From the NCBI GenBank assembly GCA_030603365.1, contig JAUVXV010000001.1, positions 416,001 to 480,000 on the forward strand: a stretch of DNA of 64,000 nucleotides, given 5' to 3'. This stretch comes from Candidatus Heimdallarchaeota archaeon. Lineage in GTDB: Archaea > Asgardarchaeota > Heimdallarchaeia > Heimdallarchaeales > Heimdallarchaeaceae. Below, piece after piece: positions 39,940-49,165 of this stretch (position 1 is the first letter of the stretch; each line of letters begins with the position of its first letter). The notes under the pieces are model-generated. The model was not told where the DNA came from. It made no database searches and saw nothing but the letters and a program-made list of their open reading frames with translations. Made by a program: the position numbers and the translations under genes.

Positions 39940-40782
39940 TTAATTTTTGTTAGCTATGACAGTAATGCTTTGAATTGATTTTCCTAGGTTTAAAATATCC
40001 TCTTTGTCTTCATTGATATCTTCTATATCTATCGTGACACCATCAATAACTAACTTAACCTCTGGTTCTCCATCTTCTTTCTCTCTTTCTACTTCTTGTG
40101 TGATGTTATCGCTTTTTTGCTTGACTTGGATATCTTCAAAACCCGCATTTTCAATCATTTCTAAATATTTGTTCTTTAATTCTGCTCCTGAAACACAAGC
40201 AGCAAGAAGCTTTTTATTATTTCGAATTGCTTCAGAAAGAGGTTTAAGCAGAACAATATCAGATATTATCATTCTTCCTCCTTGTTTAAGAACGCGAAAT
40301 GCTTCATTAAAAACTCGTTGTTTCTCAGGAGAGAGATTAATAACACAATTAGAAATAATTACATCTATTGAATTATCAGCAGCAGGTAAATTTTCAATTT
40401 CTCCAAGTCTGAATTCAACATTTGTAAAGCTATTTTTTTCTGCATTGTCTCGAGCTAAATCAATCATATCTGGAGTCATATCAACTCCTATTACTTTTCC
40501 TGTATCCCCTACTTTTTGGGATGCAAGGAAGCAGTCAAGACCTCCACCAGAGCCAAGATCAAGAACAACTTCACCTTCTTTGAGTGAAGCAATAGCTGTG
40601 GGATTTCCACAACCTAACCCCATATTAGCTTCGTCTGGGATAGATGATAGTTCGTCTAGAGAATACCCTAGAGCTTTGCTAACATCTACTGATTTTGACT
40701 CTTCTCCACAACAGGAAGAGCTTCTTTTAGCTACTTTTGTATAACTGTCTCTTACACTTTTTTTTACTTCTTTTGATTCCAT
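39940..40782 (-). CDS. arsM: Arsenite S-adenosylmethyltransferase
   Basis: 'SSCC', 'GLGCGNP', 'VLDLGSGGGLDC', 'GVDMT', 'ISNCVINLS', 'ACVSGA'. Confidence 0.95.
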   Translation of the reverse strand: MESKEVKKSVRDSYTKVAKRSSSCCGEESKSVDVSKALGYSLDELSSIPDEANMGLGCGNPTAIASLKEGEVVLDLGSGGGLDCFLASQKVGDTGKVIGVDMTPDMIDLARDNAEKNSFTNVEFRLGEIENLPAADNSIDVIISNCVINLSPEKQRVFNEAFRVLKQGGRMIISDIVLLKPLSEAIRNNKKLLAACVSGAELKNKYLEMIENAGFEDIQVKQKSDNITQEVEREKEDGEPEVKLVIDGVTIDIEDINEDKEDILNLGKSIQSITVIANKN

Positions 40783-40811
40783 TTTAATCGTCCTTTTTTT
40801 CTTGTTTTATA

Positions 40812-40913
40812 TTAACAGCATGGCTGTTCTTCTTTCTCTTGTTCAGAGGATTTCTCATTGTTTTCCTCACAACATTTTTCGTTGGATTTTTCTTCATATC
40901 TTTCTTCGTTCAT
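40812..40913 (-). CDS. 33-aa acidic micropeptide with two Cys-Cys pairs (MNEERYEEKSNEKCCEENNEKSSEQEKEEQPCC)
   Basis: Not in the ORF track; strong SD AAAGGAGGT 7 nt upstream; fills the gap between the AbrB-like gene and arsM. Confidence 0.7.
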   Translation of the reverse strand: MNEERYEEKSNEKCCEENNEKSSEQEKEEQPCC

Positions 40914-40938
40914 TCTCAATACCTCCTTTTGGTGAGCA

Positions 40939-41229
40939 TTAATCTTCTACTAACCCCTCCATAATAGGTCTAAGGGCTATTTTGACCATACCATCTACTC
41001 TATCAGCTTTCATGAGTGAAATACTTGATAATACTCCTTTTTCTCGCATGCTGATTACGATTAATCTGTCTCCTTCACTAATTTTCATCTTGTCTCGCAA
41101 ACCTTTAGGTAGAACTATTTGCCCTCTACTATCCACATGAACAACTCCTTCAATGTGACAGCATCCTAATTCTTCTGTACTCGCAGAGCAACAAGGTTCT
41201 GTTTTCTTTTTTGCATTCATTGTTTTCAT
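40939..41229 (-). CDS. AbrB/MazE/SpoVT-fold regulator with N-terminal CC motifs (HgcC-like)
   Basis: 'PCC...GCC...VDSRGQIVLPKGLRDKMKISEGD'. Confidence 0.85.
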   Translation of the reverse strand: MKTMNAKKKTEPCCSASTEELGCCHIEGVVHVDSRGQIVLPKGLRDKMKISEGDRLIVISMREKGVLSSISLMKADRVDGMVKIALRPIMEGLVED

Positions 41230-41240
41230 ATTGCAACTAT

Positions 41241-41294
41241 TTCGGATATTTATAAATATTCTGATTATTCAGAAATTTCAGAATAATCTGATTT
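41241..41294. promoter_or_regulatory. 9-bp periodic TCnGA array and 32-bp imperfect palindrome around a TATA box
   Basis: TTCGGATAT-TTATAAATA-TTCTGATTA-TTCAGAAAT-TTCAGAATA-ATCTGATTT. Confidence 0.6.
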
Positions 41295-41345
41295 ATTTTT
41301 ATTACAGTATAAATGCTTTTATTTCTTTTCAAATAACTGATTTTA

Positions 41346-41843
41346 ATGAGAGCAGCAATAATCGTTACAGGAACTCCTGGAACAGGCAAAACAACCCTTA
41401 CTCAATTACTCAGAAAAGAAGGATATACTGTTTTAGATGTAGGTAAAGAAGTTAAAGAGAAGGAACTTTACGAATTTTACGATGATGAAAGCAAAAGTTA
41501 TGTTGTAGATGATGATAAACTGAACGATTATCTGATCCAAATATTAGAGGAGCACACTTCTGACCTACCATTAATTCTAGACGGTCATGTAGTGCAACTC
41601 CCTCCCCTTTTTGTATCAAACTGCCTTGTTCTCAGGTGTTCGATTCTTAATTTACGACAGAGACTGGTGGAACGAGATTATGCCGAATCGAAAGTTGATG
41701 AGAACATCGAAGCAGAGATTATGGAGGTTATTTTGTCTGATATGCTTCACCTTTACGGTGAAGATAAAGTTACAGTAGTTTCAACTGATGGTACAGTTGA
41801 GGAATCTTTCGTGAGAGTTATGTCTGCATTGAATACACTGTAA
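41346..41843 (+). CDS. Adenylate kinase, AK6/Fap7 family
   Basis: 'VTGTPGTGKTT', 'ILDGH', 'RL..R.Y.ESKV.EN.EAEI'. Confidence 0.92.
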   Translation: MRAAIIVTGTPGTGKTTLTQLLRKEGYTVLDVGKEVKEKELYEFYDDESKSYVVDDDKLNDYLIQILEEHTSDLPLILDGHVVQLPPLFVSNCLVLRCSILNLRQRLVERDYAESKVDENIEAEIMEVILSDMLHLYGEDKVTVVSTDGTVEESFVRVMSALNTL

Positions 41844-41851
41844 AGGAAATA

Positions 41852-42211
41852 TTATCCTGCAATTCTTATTGATAAAATTCCTCTTTTGTCTTTTATAACA
41901 GAGACAGCTTCGTTTGGAGCAACAATTGTAAACCCTTTAGTCTTGTTTCCTCTACCAAATATCTTTGACCACTTGAAGTCCTCTCCACCTTCAATTGAGA
42001 ACAATTTGATACCTATAAATTTAGTGTAATCAATTTTGGACATAGTTTTTTCTATCAAGTCTAATTCTTCTGTGTGTGATAGACCATCCTCAAGTACTAG
42101 TATAGTATTTCTAACTACTTTTGATAGAATATAACTTACTTTTTCTTCTGAAGAGAGATCTATTGTCTCTGAAAATGGTATAAAATCTACTCTATATTTC
42201 ATTACTTTCAC
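41852..42211 (-). CDS. DUF2073 / OapB-like protein
   Basis: 'EEKV..IL..V...ILVLEDGL...EE..LIE.TM..ID...F.GI'; stop/start overlap with the GTPase gene. Confidence 0.8.
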   Translation of the reverse strand: MKVMKYRVDFIPFSETIDLSSEEKVSYILSKVVRNTILVLEDGLSHTEELDLIEKTMSKIDYTKFIGIKLFSIEGGEDFKWSKIFGRGNKTKGFTIVAPNEAVSVIKDKRGILSIRIAG

Positions 42212-42822
42212 CTTACCTTCCTCGCCATATTGGCGATTGTATTGTAGAGTGTCTCTATACCATCTCCCTGTGTAGCTGATACAGGAACAACCGTATAATC
42301 CTGAAATGCATCTTTAACCATTCTTATATCTGCATCTAGTAAATCGATTTTGTTAGGTACAAGTATGAATGGTTTCTTCTGATGTTCCAAATTTCCAATA
42401 ATGGTAAAATTAACTTGATCGTAAGGAGATTTAGTTGCATCAATCACTACTAGAGCAACATCTACATTTTCTAAGAATTTAATTGCTTCCACTATTCCTC
42501 TTGTTGCTTCTTTAGCTCTTTGCATTGCCTCTCCTGCAGATAGTCCATATCTCATGAATTCCTTCGGATTAACTGAAGAAGCAATTCCTGGCATATCAAT
42601 TAGTGTAAGATCAAGTTTTGTACCATTTGAAGAAAAATTCACTTTCTCAAGCTTTTGAATTGTTCTAGTTTCATGTGGAATCTCACTTACAATTCCAACT
42701 TCTTGGTTAGCCCAATCCTTACCCATTTTGTTAGCAAGTGTTGTCTTTCCAGCGTTAACTTCACCATAAAACCCTAAATTAATTGATTTTGGCTTTGATT
42801 TTAGCCACAATCTCCATGACAT
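42208..42822 (-). CDS. Era-like GTP-binding protein (OapA-like)
   Basis: G1 GEVNAGKT, 'VSEIPHETR', DMPG, 'RAKEATRGIVEAIK', NKID, SA. Confidence 0.88.
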   Translation of the reverse strand: MSWRLWLKSKPKSINLGFYGEVNAGKTTLANKMGKDWANQEVGIVSEIPHETRTIQKLEKVNFSSNGTKLDLTLIDMPGIASSVNPKEFMRYGLSAGEAMQRAKEATRGIVEAIKFLENVDVALVVIDATKSPYDQVNFTIIGNLEHQKKPFILVPNKIDLLDADIRMVKDAFQDYTVVPVSATQGDGIETLYNTIANMARKVR

Positions 42823-43020
42823 TCATTTCACCTTATGAAGCATTCTTTATAGTTAACTTAAAACGAAATATTATTGACATCACACGCTGGTATTACGTAA
42901 GTCATTTTCATGTTTTTCTTACCAAAAAACTGACAATTTCATTTGTTGCAATTAAAAAATTTATTAAAAACATAGTTTCTTAAAACTTGTTGATAAAAGA
43001 ACTCTGGATAGTGACCAAAG

Positions 43021-44100
43021 ATGTTCATTATGGGAACAAATCTTAAATTGTGGTTGAAATTGCTCTTAAAAAACAAATTCAATGTCAGCCTACGCTATAT
43101 ACCACGGGTTTTTATCATTTCTTTAGTCGTTAGTTTTTTCACTCCTTTAGTATTATATGAACATCTTCGATTTAGAAAACAAATAAGAAAAGTTAAAATC
43201 GATAAACACCCCATTTTCATCATTGGGCATTGGAGAACAGGAACTACACATCTACAGAATTTACTTCTAAACGATGATCAGTTTGGATATCTGAATCTTA
43301 TTGAAGCAACTTTTCCGTACTTACTATTAGGGAATTATAAGCTAATTCACTTCTTGATGAAACCCCTTATCCCAAAAACTAGAGCAATGGATTCGATGGA
43401 AATGAATCCAGAAACACCTCAAGAACATGAATTTGCTCTCACTAATCTATGCTTACATTCCCCTTTAACTTCATTGTTCTTCTTGAATAAAGAGGAAGAA
43501 TATCTGAAATATGCTTTGTTTAATGAAGTATATGAGAATGAGTTCAAAGAATGGAAAAGTGCATTCAGTTATTTAATTAACAAATTGACACTCAAGGAAG
43601 AAGGAAAACAGTTATTGTTAAAAAATCCTTTAGACACATTTAGAATTAAAATCCTTCTTGAATTATATCCTAAATCTAAATTCATCCATATTTATAGAGA
43701 TCCATACAATATTTTCTACTCTATGGTGAAACTATATCAGACTAATACTAACTTATTTTGGTTACACAAACCTAATTTTAATCTTCATGATTTCATTTTC
43801 AGAATTTATTCTAGCATGAATCAGGATTTATACAAAGAAATAAAGGAAATTCCAACTGATCAGTTTATTGAAATTAGATATGAAGATTTAATTTCTAACA
43901 CCTCACAACAATTGAAACGAATTTATAACCATCTATCTTTGGGAAAATTTGAAATAATTAAGGAAAAAGTAGATATTTACATAGATTCGCTTGAAGGATA
44001 TGAAGTTGACTCCTATTCAATGTCCAAAGCTGAGAAACAACATATTTATTCTAAATGGAAAGAATCAATAGATAAATGGAATTATGAAAAACCATCATAA
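43021..44100 (+). CDS. PAPS-dependent sulfotransferase family protein
   Basis: 5'-PSB 'IFIIGHWRTGTTHL', 'LLKNP', 3'-PB 'HIYRDP....S', 'RYEDL'. Confidence 0.9.
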   Translation: MFIMGTNLKLWLKLLLKNKFNVSLRYIPRVFIISLVVSFFTPLVLYEHLRFRKQIRKVKIDKHPIFIIGHWRTGTTHLQNLLLNDDQFGYLNLIEATFPYLLLGNYKLIHFLMKPLIPKTRAMDSMEMNPETPQEHEFALTNLCLHSPLTSLFFLNKEEEYLKYALFNEVYENEFKEWKSAFSYLINKLTLKEEGKQLLLKNPLDTFRIKILLELYPKSKFIHIYRDPYNIFYSMVKLYQTNTNLFWLHKPNFNLHDFIFRIYSSMNQDLYKEIKEIPTDQFIEIRYEDLISNTSQQLKRIYNHLSLGKFEIIKEKVDIYIDSLEGYEVDSYSMSKAEKQHIYSKWKESIDKWNYEKPS

Positions 44101-44162
44101 TAATTGGTATTCTTAAAATAATCACCAGTAATAATTAAATAGAATTAAGCTAATATTATCAA

Positions 44163-44708
44163 GTGAAAAGAAGAAACGTCTTATCTAGAATCTTGTTTGA
44201 TTTAGGCGGTTCATTAATAGGAGCAGCCTTAGCGTATTTTGCATTTATAATTGTCCAAGCTATATATTCTATTTATCAATGGAAAATAATAATTGGATTT
44301 GCTGTACTATTAGTTGCCAGTGGATTTGTCATAGGTTTTTTTGCATTCAAAAAAGATGGTATATTTCTCTCAGGTACTATTGGATTAGTTTTTCTTATAA
44401 TTATGGCAATTTACGGTTTTATGGGCATAGGTTTATATGAAATCATAAATAATTATGCTTTAACTCTTGTTCTAAGTATCGTGGAAGGCATAATTTTCTT
44501 TTGTGTTATGGTTTTGGGAGCTTTTCTAGGAAGTGTACTTACACCCGCAATTTGGCAATTTTCAAAGAAAGAGATTCATGAAATAAAAGACGCTTCAATT
44601 GTCAAAAAAGAAGAAACAGAAGTTGTGCAAAAAATATATTGTTCAGTATGTGGTTCAGAAGTTCCAAGGAACTCAAATAAATGCATAATTTGTGGAAAGA
44701 AAGTCTAA
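44163..44708 (+). CDS. Four-TM membrane protein with a C-terminal double zinc ribbon
   Basis: Hydrophobic helices; 'CSVCG...KCIICG'. Confidence 0.8.
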   Translation: MKRRNVLSRILFDLGGSLIGAALAYFAFIIVQAIYSIYQWKIIIGFAVLLVASGFVIGFFAFKKDGIFLSGTIGLVFLIIMAIYGFMGIGLYEIINNYALTLVLSIVEGIIFFCVMVLGAFLGSVLTPAIWQFSKKEIHEIKDASIVKKEETEVVQKIYCSVCGSEVPRNSNKCIICGKKV

Positions 44709-44722
44709 AAAGAAATATCAAT

Positions 44723-45868
44723 TTAGAGATATTTCATTTCTTTTGGAGTGTTTGAGAGCCTGATAGAACCTTCTTTTGTAACAACACAATCATCTTCAAG
44801 ACGTATACCAAATTCATCTGCAAAATAGAGGCCAGGTTCAACAGTTATAACTGAGTTTTCCAATAGGGCTTTACTTGGATTATCAGGAGTAGATTTTCGA
44901 ATACCTATTCCTATATCATGAGTTTCTATCCCAAGTGGGTGTCCTGTTGAGTGTATGTATAATTTTTCATGATCATATCCATACTCCTCAAATTTATCTC
45001 TGACAGCAATCTCTACTTCTTCACCCAGTACTCCAGCTCTAATTTTCATAAATGCAGCTTCTTTTGCTTGATCCACAGCTTCGTATGCATGTAGTACATT
45101 CTCTGGAGGATTTTTTCCAATCCAGTATGTGTGAGTGATATCTGAATTAGAACCCTCATATGCAACACCATAGTCAATTAGCAGCACTTGTTCCGCTTCA
45201 ATTTTCTTTTGTCCAGCTTTATGATGTGGTATAGCAGCATGAGATCCCGAAGCGACAATAGCTTCAAAAGCTACTCCTCCTCGTTTATTTGCCTCATATT
45301 CAATTAAGGCAGCAATCTCCTTCTCTGTAACTCTAGGTTTAATTTTAGGCTCAACAACATCTTCCATTAGCTCTTCAGCTAATTGTGCAGCAATTTTATG
45401 ATTCTCAATTTCTTTTTTGGTTTTTGTTGCTCTGATATCAAAAATAATATCCTTAGCAGAAATATAATTCAATTGAGAGTTGAAATTTGTTAAAGCTTTA
45501 AGAGTTCCACTTGTTAGAATATCAAAATTAAATTTAGAGAAAACTTGTTCTTCTTCTACAAAGTTTAATGCTATTTTTGCTTTCGGTGAAAAACTATTGA
45601 GTAAGGTTTTGATCGAATCTTTCAATTCTTCTCCTTTCTTGTACGGAACAACATCATAAATTTCATCATTAACCATCATTGCTTCCATACGTGATGTTAT
45701 AACAGTAGGTTTTCCAGATTGAGGTATAAGGGTCAATGTTGGACTAGAAAACCATTTTCCTAAAAGATATCGTTGGTGAATGTCATAAGAATGATGACAA
45801 AAAACAATCCATCCATCAGCCCCATGCATCTTAAGAACATTTTGAATTCTATTTATCTTCTCTTTCAA
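44723..45868 (-). CDS. Xaa-Pro aminopeptidase/prolidase (M24)
   Basis: 'IPHH', 'LIDYG', 'SDIT.T', 'HSTGHPLG...HD', 'TVEPGLY', 'GIRLEDD'. Confidence 0.95.
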   Translation of the reverse strand: MKEKINRIQNVLKMHGADGWIVFCHHSYDIHQRYLLGKWFSSPTLTLIPQSGKPTVITSRMEAMMVNDEIYDVVPYKKGEELKDSIKTLLNSFSPKAKIALNFVEEEQVFSKFNFDILTSGTLKALTNFNSQLNYISAKDIIFDIRATKTKKEIENHKIAAQLAEELMEDVVEPKIKPRVTEKEIAALIEYEANKRGGVAFEAIVASGSHAAIPHHKAGQKKIEAEQVLLIDYGVAYEGSNSDITHTYWIGKNPPENVLHAYEAVDQAKEAAFMKIRAGVLGEEVEIAVRDKFEEYGYDHEKLYIHSTGHPLGIETHDIGIGIRKSTPDNPSKALLENSVITVEPGLYFADEFGIRLEDDCVVTKEGSIRLSNTPKEMKYL

Positions 45869-46484
45869 ATTCTACACATTCCTTAAATATTGAACGAAGT
45901 TCATTTGATAATAATTCATTGTCTGCTATTTCAATTAAATCTTTAAATGTGTCTATGTCTCTGTAAGCTTTGTTATACTTGTTTACTGTAATTCCAATTG
46001 AATTCCTCTCAAAAAATTCTTTGAATCTAAGAGATGAATTTCTTCCAAATACCTTTGGAAATTTTTCTTTTCTCCTAAAACAGATAATACTTGTTCCTTT
46101 ATCTGCTGTGGGTGCTAGAATAGCTTTGAGTGTCTTCTTATATTTGTTAATTATGTCTTCTATATGGTTGGCTGTGATTAAAGGTAAATCTGCCATTACA
46201 ATTACAATTGTTTCTTCCTCTATTTCCTCAAGAGCTAAAGAAATTGAATCATTTAGCTCTTTCCCTTTATCTTTCAAAATCTCAAAATTACCCTCAAACT
46301 CTAATTCAGATTTTTGTGTTAACACATAAACTTTGTCTATTCCCCTTATTTTGAGAACTTCATGTATTACATTCTGCGTTACTTCTTTTAGTAATCGCTC
46401 TAGAATAATTTCATCTAAATTGCTTCGAAGCCTGCTCTTATCCGTAACAGTGCCTCTGTAGGGAATAATTATTGCCTTACTCAT
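45849..46484 (-). CDS. cofC: 2-phospho-L-lactate/PEP guanylyltransferase (F420 biosynthesis)
   Basis: 'IIIP...KSRL', 'VMADLPLI', 'AP..DKGT', 'FGRNS', 'DIDT..DL'; clustered with cofD. Confidence 0.85.
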   Translation of the reverse strand: MSKAIIIPYRGTVTDKSRLRSNLDEIILERLLKEVTQNVIHEVLKIRGIDKVYVLTQKSELEFEGNFEILKDKGKELNDSISLALEEIEEETIVIVMADLPLITANHIEDIINKYKKTLKAILAPTADKGTSIICFRRKEKFPKVFGRNSSLRFKEFFERNSIGITVNKYNKAYRDIDTFKDLIEIADNELLSNELRSIFKECVEFEREDK

Positions 46485-47274
46485 TAGCATCCCTGATATA
46501 TTTTTCTATTAATTCTTTTATAAAAAGAGGATTGTCAATTAATGGTCTAGCTATTGAAACTGCTTTTGCACCTACTGATAGCATTTTTTGTACATCTTCA
46601 ATTGTTCTCACTGAATTATTCCCAATTATTGGAATATTTGTACTTTCAGCAAATTCTTGTATAATTCCAATATCTGCTCTTGTTTCATCTGGTATCATTG
46701 CATCTATGTGAATGAACTTACATTCGTATCTCTCTAATATTCTGATTAAGCTATTAGCATCTTGGATTACATGCCCTCTGATTTTTATCCCAAATGAATT
46801 ATGAGGATTAAATTGTTTGATTTCTTGTAATAGTCTTTCCAAGTTGGCTAAATTATACAATAATGCTTGCCCTCCTCCAATACTAACAATTTCCTCTTGT
46901 CTACAATGAGCATTTATCTCTAAATAATCCACATAAAGGTTAAGATGGTTCAGCCAAATTTTACTCATATAATCAATTTCTACTATTCTTACATTCGTGG
47001 AAATTATCTGATCTAATCTCTTCTTTTTTAATCGAAGGTTATCAATACACCATCTTTTTATTTCATTCTCTCTTTCGGACAACAAAAACTCCTTTCTCCC
47101 TCGATTAAGTAGTAATTGTGTTGCGTTTTTGCATTTTTTATCAATAGATAACCCCCCTAAAATTGTCATACTGACATTGAGTTCTAACATTTTTTGACAA
47201 AATTGAAAATTAGCAATTCCTGCTAAAGCCGATTGTATTATTGGAGGATGAAACATATCACTCTTCATACTCAT
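46477..47274 (-). CDS. Dihydrouridine-synthase-like TIM-barrel flavoprotein (MJ0144-like)
   Basis: 'ALAGI', 'EINAHCRQEE...GGGQ.LL', 'HIDAM', 'IIGNNSV', 'VSIAR'. Confidence 0.85.
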   Translation of the reverse strand: MSMKSDMFHPPIIQSALAGIANFQFCQKMLELNVSMTILGGLSIDKKCKNATQLLLNRGRKEFLLSERENEIKRWCIDNLRLKKKRLDQIISTNVRIVEIDYMSKIWLNHLNLYVDYLEINAHCRQEEIVSIGGGQALLYNLANLERLLQEIKQFNPHNSFGIKIRGHVIQDANSLIRILERYECKFIHIDAMIPDETRADIGIIQEFAESTNIPIIGNNSVRTIEDVQKMLSVGAKAVSIARPLIDNPLFIKELIEKYIRDANE

Positions 47275-47279
47275 GATGT

Positions 47280-48206
47280 CTATCCTCTATTTATTATCAT
47301 TGAAGCTAGGTTTTTTGCTATGATATTATCTTTGAACAAAATGTTTTCAGATAATACTGTAAGATTTGTTTGCTTTTCTATAGGTTTTATCAGATCTTTG
47401 TCAGTACTATGTACAATAAAAACATCACACAAATCTTGATACATTTTTGCTATTTCTAATGTGGATATAGCATAACCTTCTGATTTCATCAATTTGGCAG
47501 TTGGACCACTAACAGGATTTTTGCCAATAATAGGGCTTATAGCAATGATTCTCTCTTTGTTCTTACGTAATCGTTTTTCTATTGGCATCAATTTAATGAT
47601 TGGACCTATGCTTGTTATGGGATTGCTTGGACCAATAATTATTTTATCACTTTGGTCAATACTTTTCAATGCAACTTCTGGAACCTCTGCTTCATTTAGG
47701 TTTTTGATATATATTTTATCTATCTCAACTTCTCCTTTTTGCTTTACCCAAAACTCTTGAAAGTGAATATCTTCTCCTTTATTTGTTATAATCCTAGTTT
47801 CAATATGCGTATCTGAACTTGGAAAAATTCTTGAATCTATTTGTAATTTTTTTCTTAATATATCTGTTATTTCGGATAATTTTTTCCCTTTTCTAATTTG
47901 ATCCGTTCTGAATATGTGAGTTGCTAGATCTCTATCCCCAATATTAAACCAAGTGTCATATCCAAGATTATTCAAATGCTTCAGTGTGTTAAATGTATCA
48001 TTCTTTATTCCCCAAAATCTCTCAGTGTCTAGAATATTACTCAATAAGTAGATTATTGTGTCAATGTCTGGTGATACATATAATCCATATATCCATATAT
48101 CGTCTGCTGAATTGGCTATTATGGATATTTGATTTTCATCTAGAATTTTTCTAAAACCTTGTATTAATTTTGGAGTTCCGGTTCCTCCTGAAAGAAAAGT
48201 AATCAT
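47280..48206 (-). CDS. cofD: 2-phospho-L-lactate transferase (F420 biosynthesis)
   Basis: 'LSGGTGTPKL', 'SPDIDT', 'WGIKNDTF', 'GDRDLATH..RT', 'HFQEFWV', 'GPSNPITSIGPI', 'SGP'. Confidence 0.96.
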   Translation of the reverse strand: MITFLSGGTGTPKLIQGFRKILDENQISIIANSADDIWIYGLYVSPDIDTIIYLLSNILDTERFWGIKNDTFNTLKHLNNLGYDTWFNIGDRDLATHIFRTDQIRKGKKLSEITDILRKKLQIDSRIFPSSDTHIETRIITNKGEDIHFQEFWVKQKGEVEIDKIYIKNLNEAEVPEVALKSIDQSDKIIIGPSNPITSIGPIIKLMPIEKRLRKNKERIIAISPIIGKNPVSGPTAKLMKSEGYAISTLEIAKMYQDLCDVFIVHSTDKDLIKPIEKQTNLTVLSENILFKDNIIAKNLASMIINRG

Positions 48207-48254
48207 GTTAAAACCTTGATTTGATTTCTGAAAAGGTTTGATGTCCTAAGAAAA

Positions 48255-49127
48255 TTATTTCTTCTTAGTTTTACTTTTTTTAGTTTTTTTAGCTGCTGGT
48301 TTCTTGGCTGCTTCCTTTGGCTTAGCTGCTGGTTTCTTGGCTGCTTCCTTTGGCTTAGCTGCTGGTTTCTTGGTTGCTTCTTTTGGCTTAGCTGCTGGTT
48401 TCTTGGTTGCTTCCTTTGGCTTAGCTGCTGGTTTCTTGGTTGCTTCTTTTGGCTTAGCTGCTGGTTTCTTGGCTGTAACCCTCTTCTTTGCAATAGGTTT
48501 TACATCTGATAATCTTAATCTTGCTGAAGATTTTATAATTACTCTATAATATGCTCCATCTTCACCCATCTCAGGATTGCGAACTATTCTAATTATGTCA
48601 CCAGGTTTTGCTTGAATAGCTTTTACAGCTGGATCAGTTTCGAGAATTTTAGGGATTTGATGCTTCTCTATTTGATATCTAGTAAGAAAACTCTTGATAT
48701 CCTTAGTTTTTAGTTTAAAGTGTTGAGGAACCAATTCATGATCGAATATGTTGAAAAGAGGGTTTGTACTACTAATAATCTCAATTCCTAACTTTACTGA
48801 TTCCTTTTTAGCATAATGAGTTAATGCCGCTTCAGCAATAAGAAGTGCTTCATCCAAACTCTTTTCTTCCTGGAGTTTACCCAATGTTCTTATTGTTTTA
48901 ACACCAATTTGTGGGTTTTTAGGAAAACGAGCGATTGCTGATACTTTGTCTCCTTCTTCTTGTTTTTTTTCAGCATAAACGTCTAAAAAATCATCATCTT
49001 CGATAGTTTTTTTAATTTCGAATTCTCTGAATTCAAGAATTTCTTTGACTCCTTTTAGGATTCTCTTTTCTTTAGCTAGCTGTTCTTTAGTTGACAAGGA
49101 GGTTGCACCGCTCTCAATAACTATCAA
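48255..49127 (-). CDS. rpoH: RNA polymerase subunit Rpo5/RpoH with a eukaryote-like N-terminal jaw domain and a K/A/P-rich repeat tail
   Basis: 'FNIFDHELVPQH...IPKILETDPAV...AKPGDIIRIVR...YYRVI' Rpb5 assembly domain preceded by an extra ~125-aa domain. Confidence 0.9.
   Translation of the reverse strand: MIVIESGATSLSTKEQLAKEKRILKGVKEILEFREFEIKKTIEDDDFLDVYAEKKQEEGDKVSAIARFPKNPQIGVKTIRTLGKLQEEKSLDEALLIAEAALTHYAKKESVKLGIEIISSTNPLFNIFDHELVPQHFKLKTKDIKSFLTRYQIEKHQIPKILETDPAVKAIQAKPGDIIRIVRNPEMGEDGAYYRVIIKSSARLRLSDVKPIAKKRVTAKKPAAKPKEATKKPAAKPKEATKKPAAKPKEATKKPAAKPKEAAKKPAAKPKEAAKKPAAKKTKKSKTKKK
48289..48475. repeat. 33-bp tandem repeat (5 full + 1 partial) encoding KKPAAKPKEA(T/A)
   Basis: Unit ttagctgctggtttcttgg(c/t)tgcttc(c/t)tttggc at 48289, 48322, 48355, 48388, 48421, 48454. 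Confidence 0.97.
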
Positions 49128-49165
49128 TTGGTTTAAAATCTTTTGAAAAGTGACTAGTTTTGAAT

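Noticed and set aside
40004-40744. 246-aa ORF antisense to arsM
   Set aside because: Fully opposite a well-conserved gene, with the Ser/Ile-rich composition typical of antisense shadows. The same applies to the other short overlapping ORFs in the track.
42823-43020. Replication origin near the oapA-like gene
   Set aside because: No cdc6/orc1 and no recognisable ORB repeats.
48289-48475. CRISPR array
   Set aside because: Head-to-tail repeats with no spacers, in frame within a gene, and no cas genes.
48203-48549. ORFs 48203-48493(-) and 48304-48549(+)
   Set aside because: Shadow frames of the 33-bp coding repeat.
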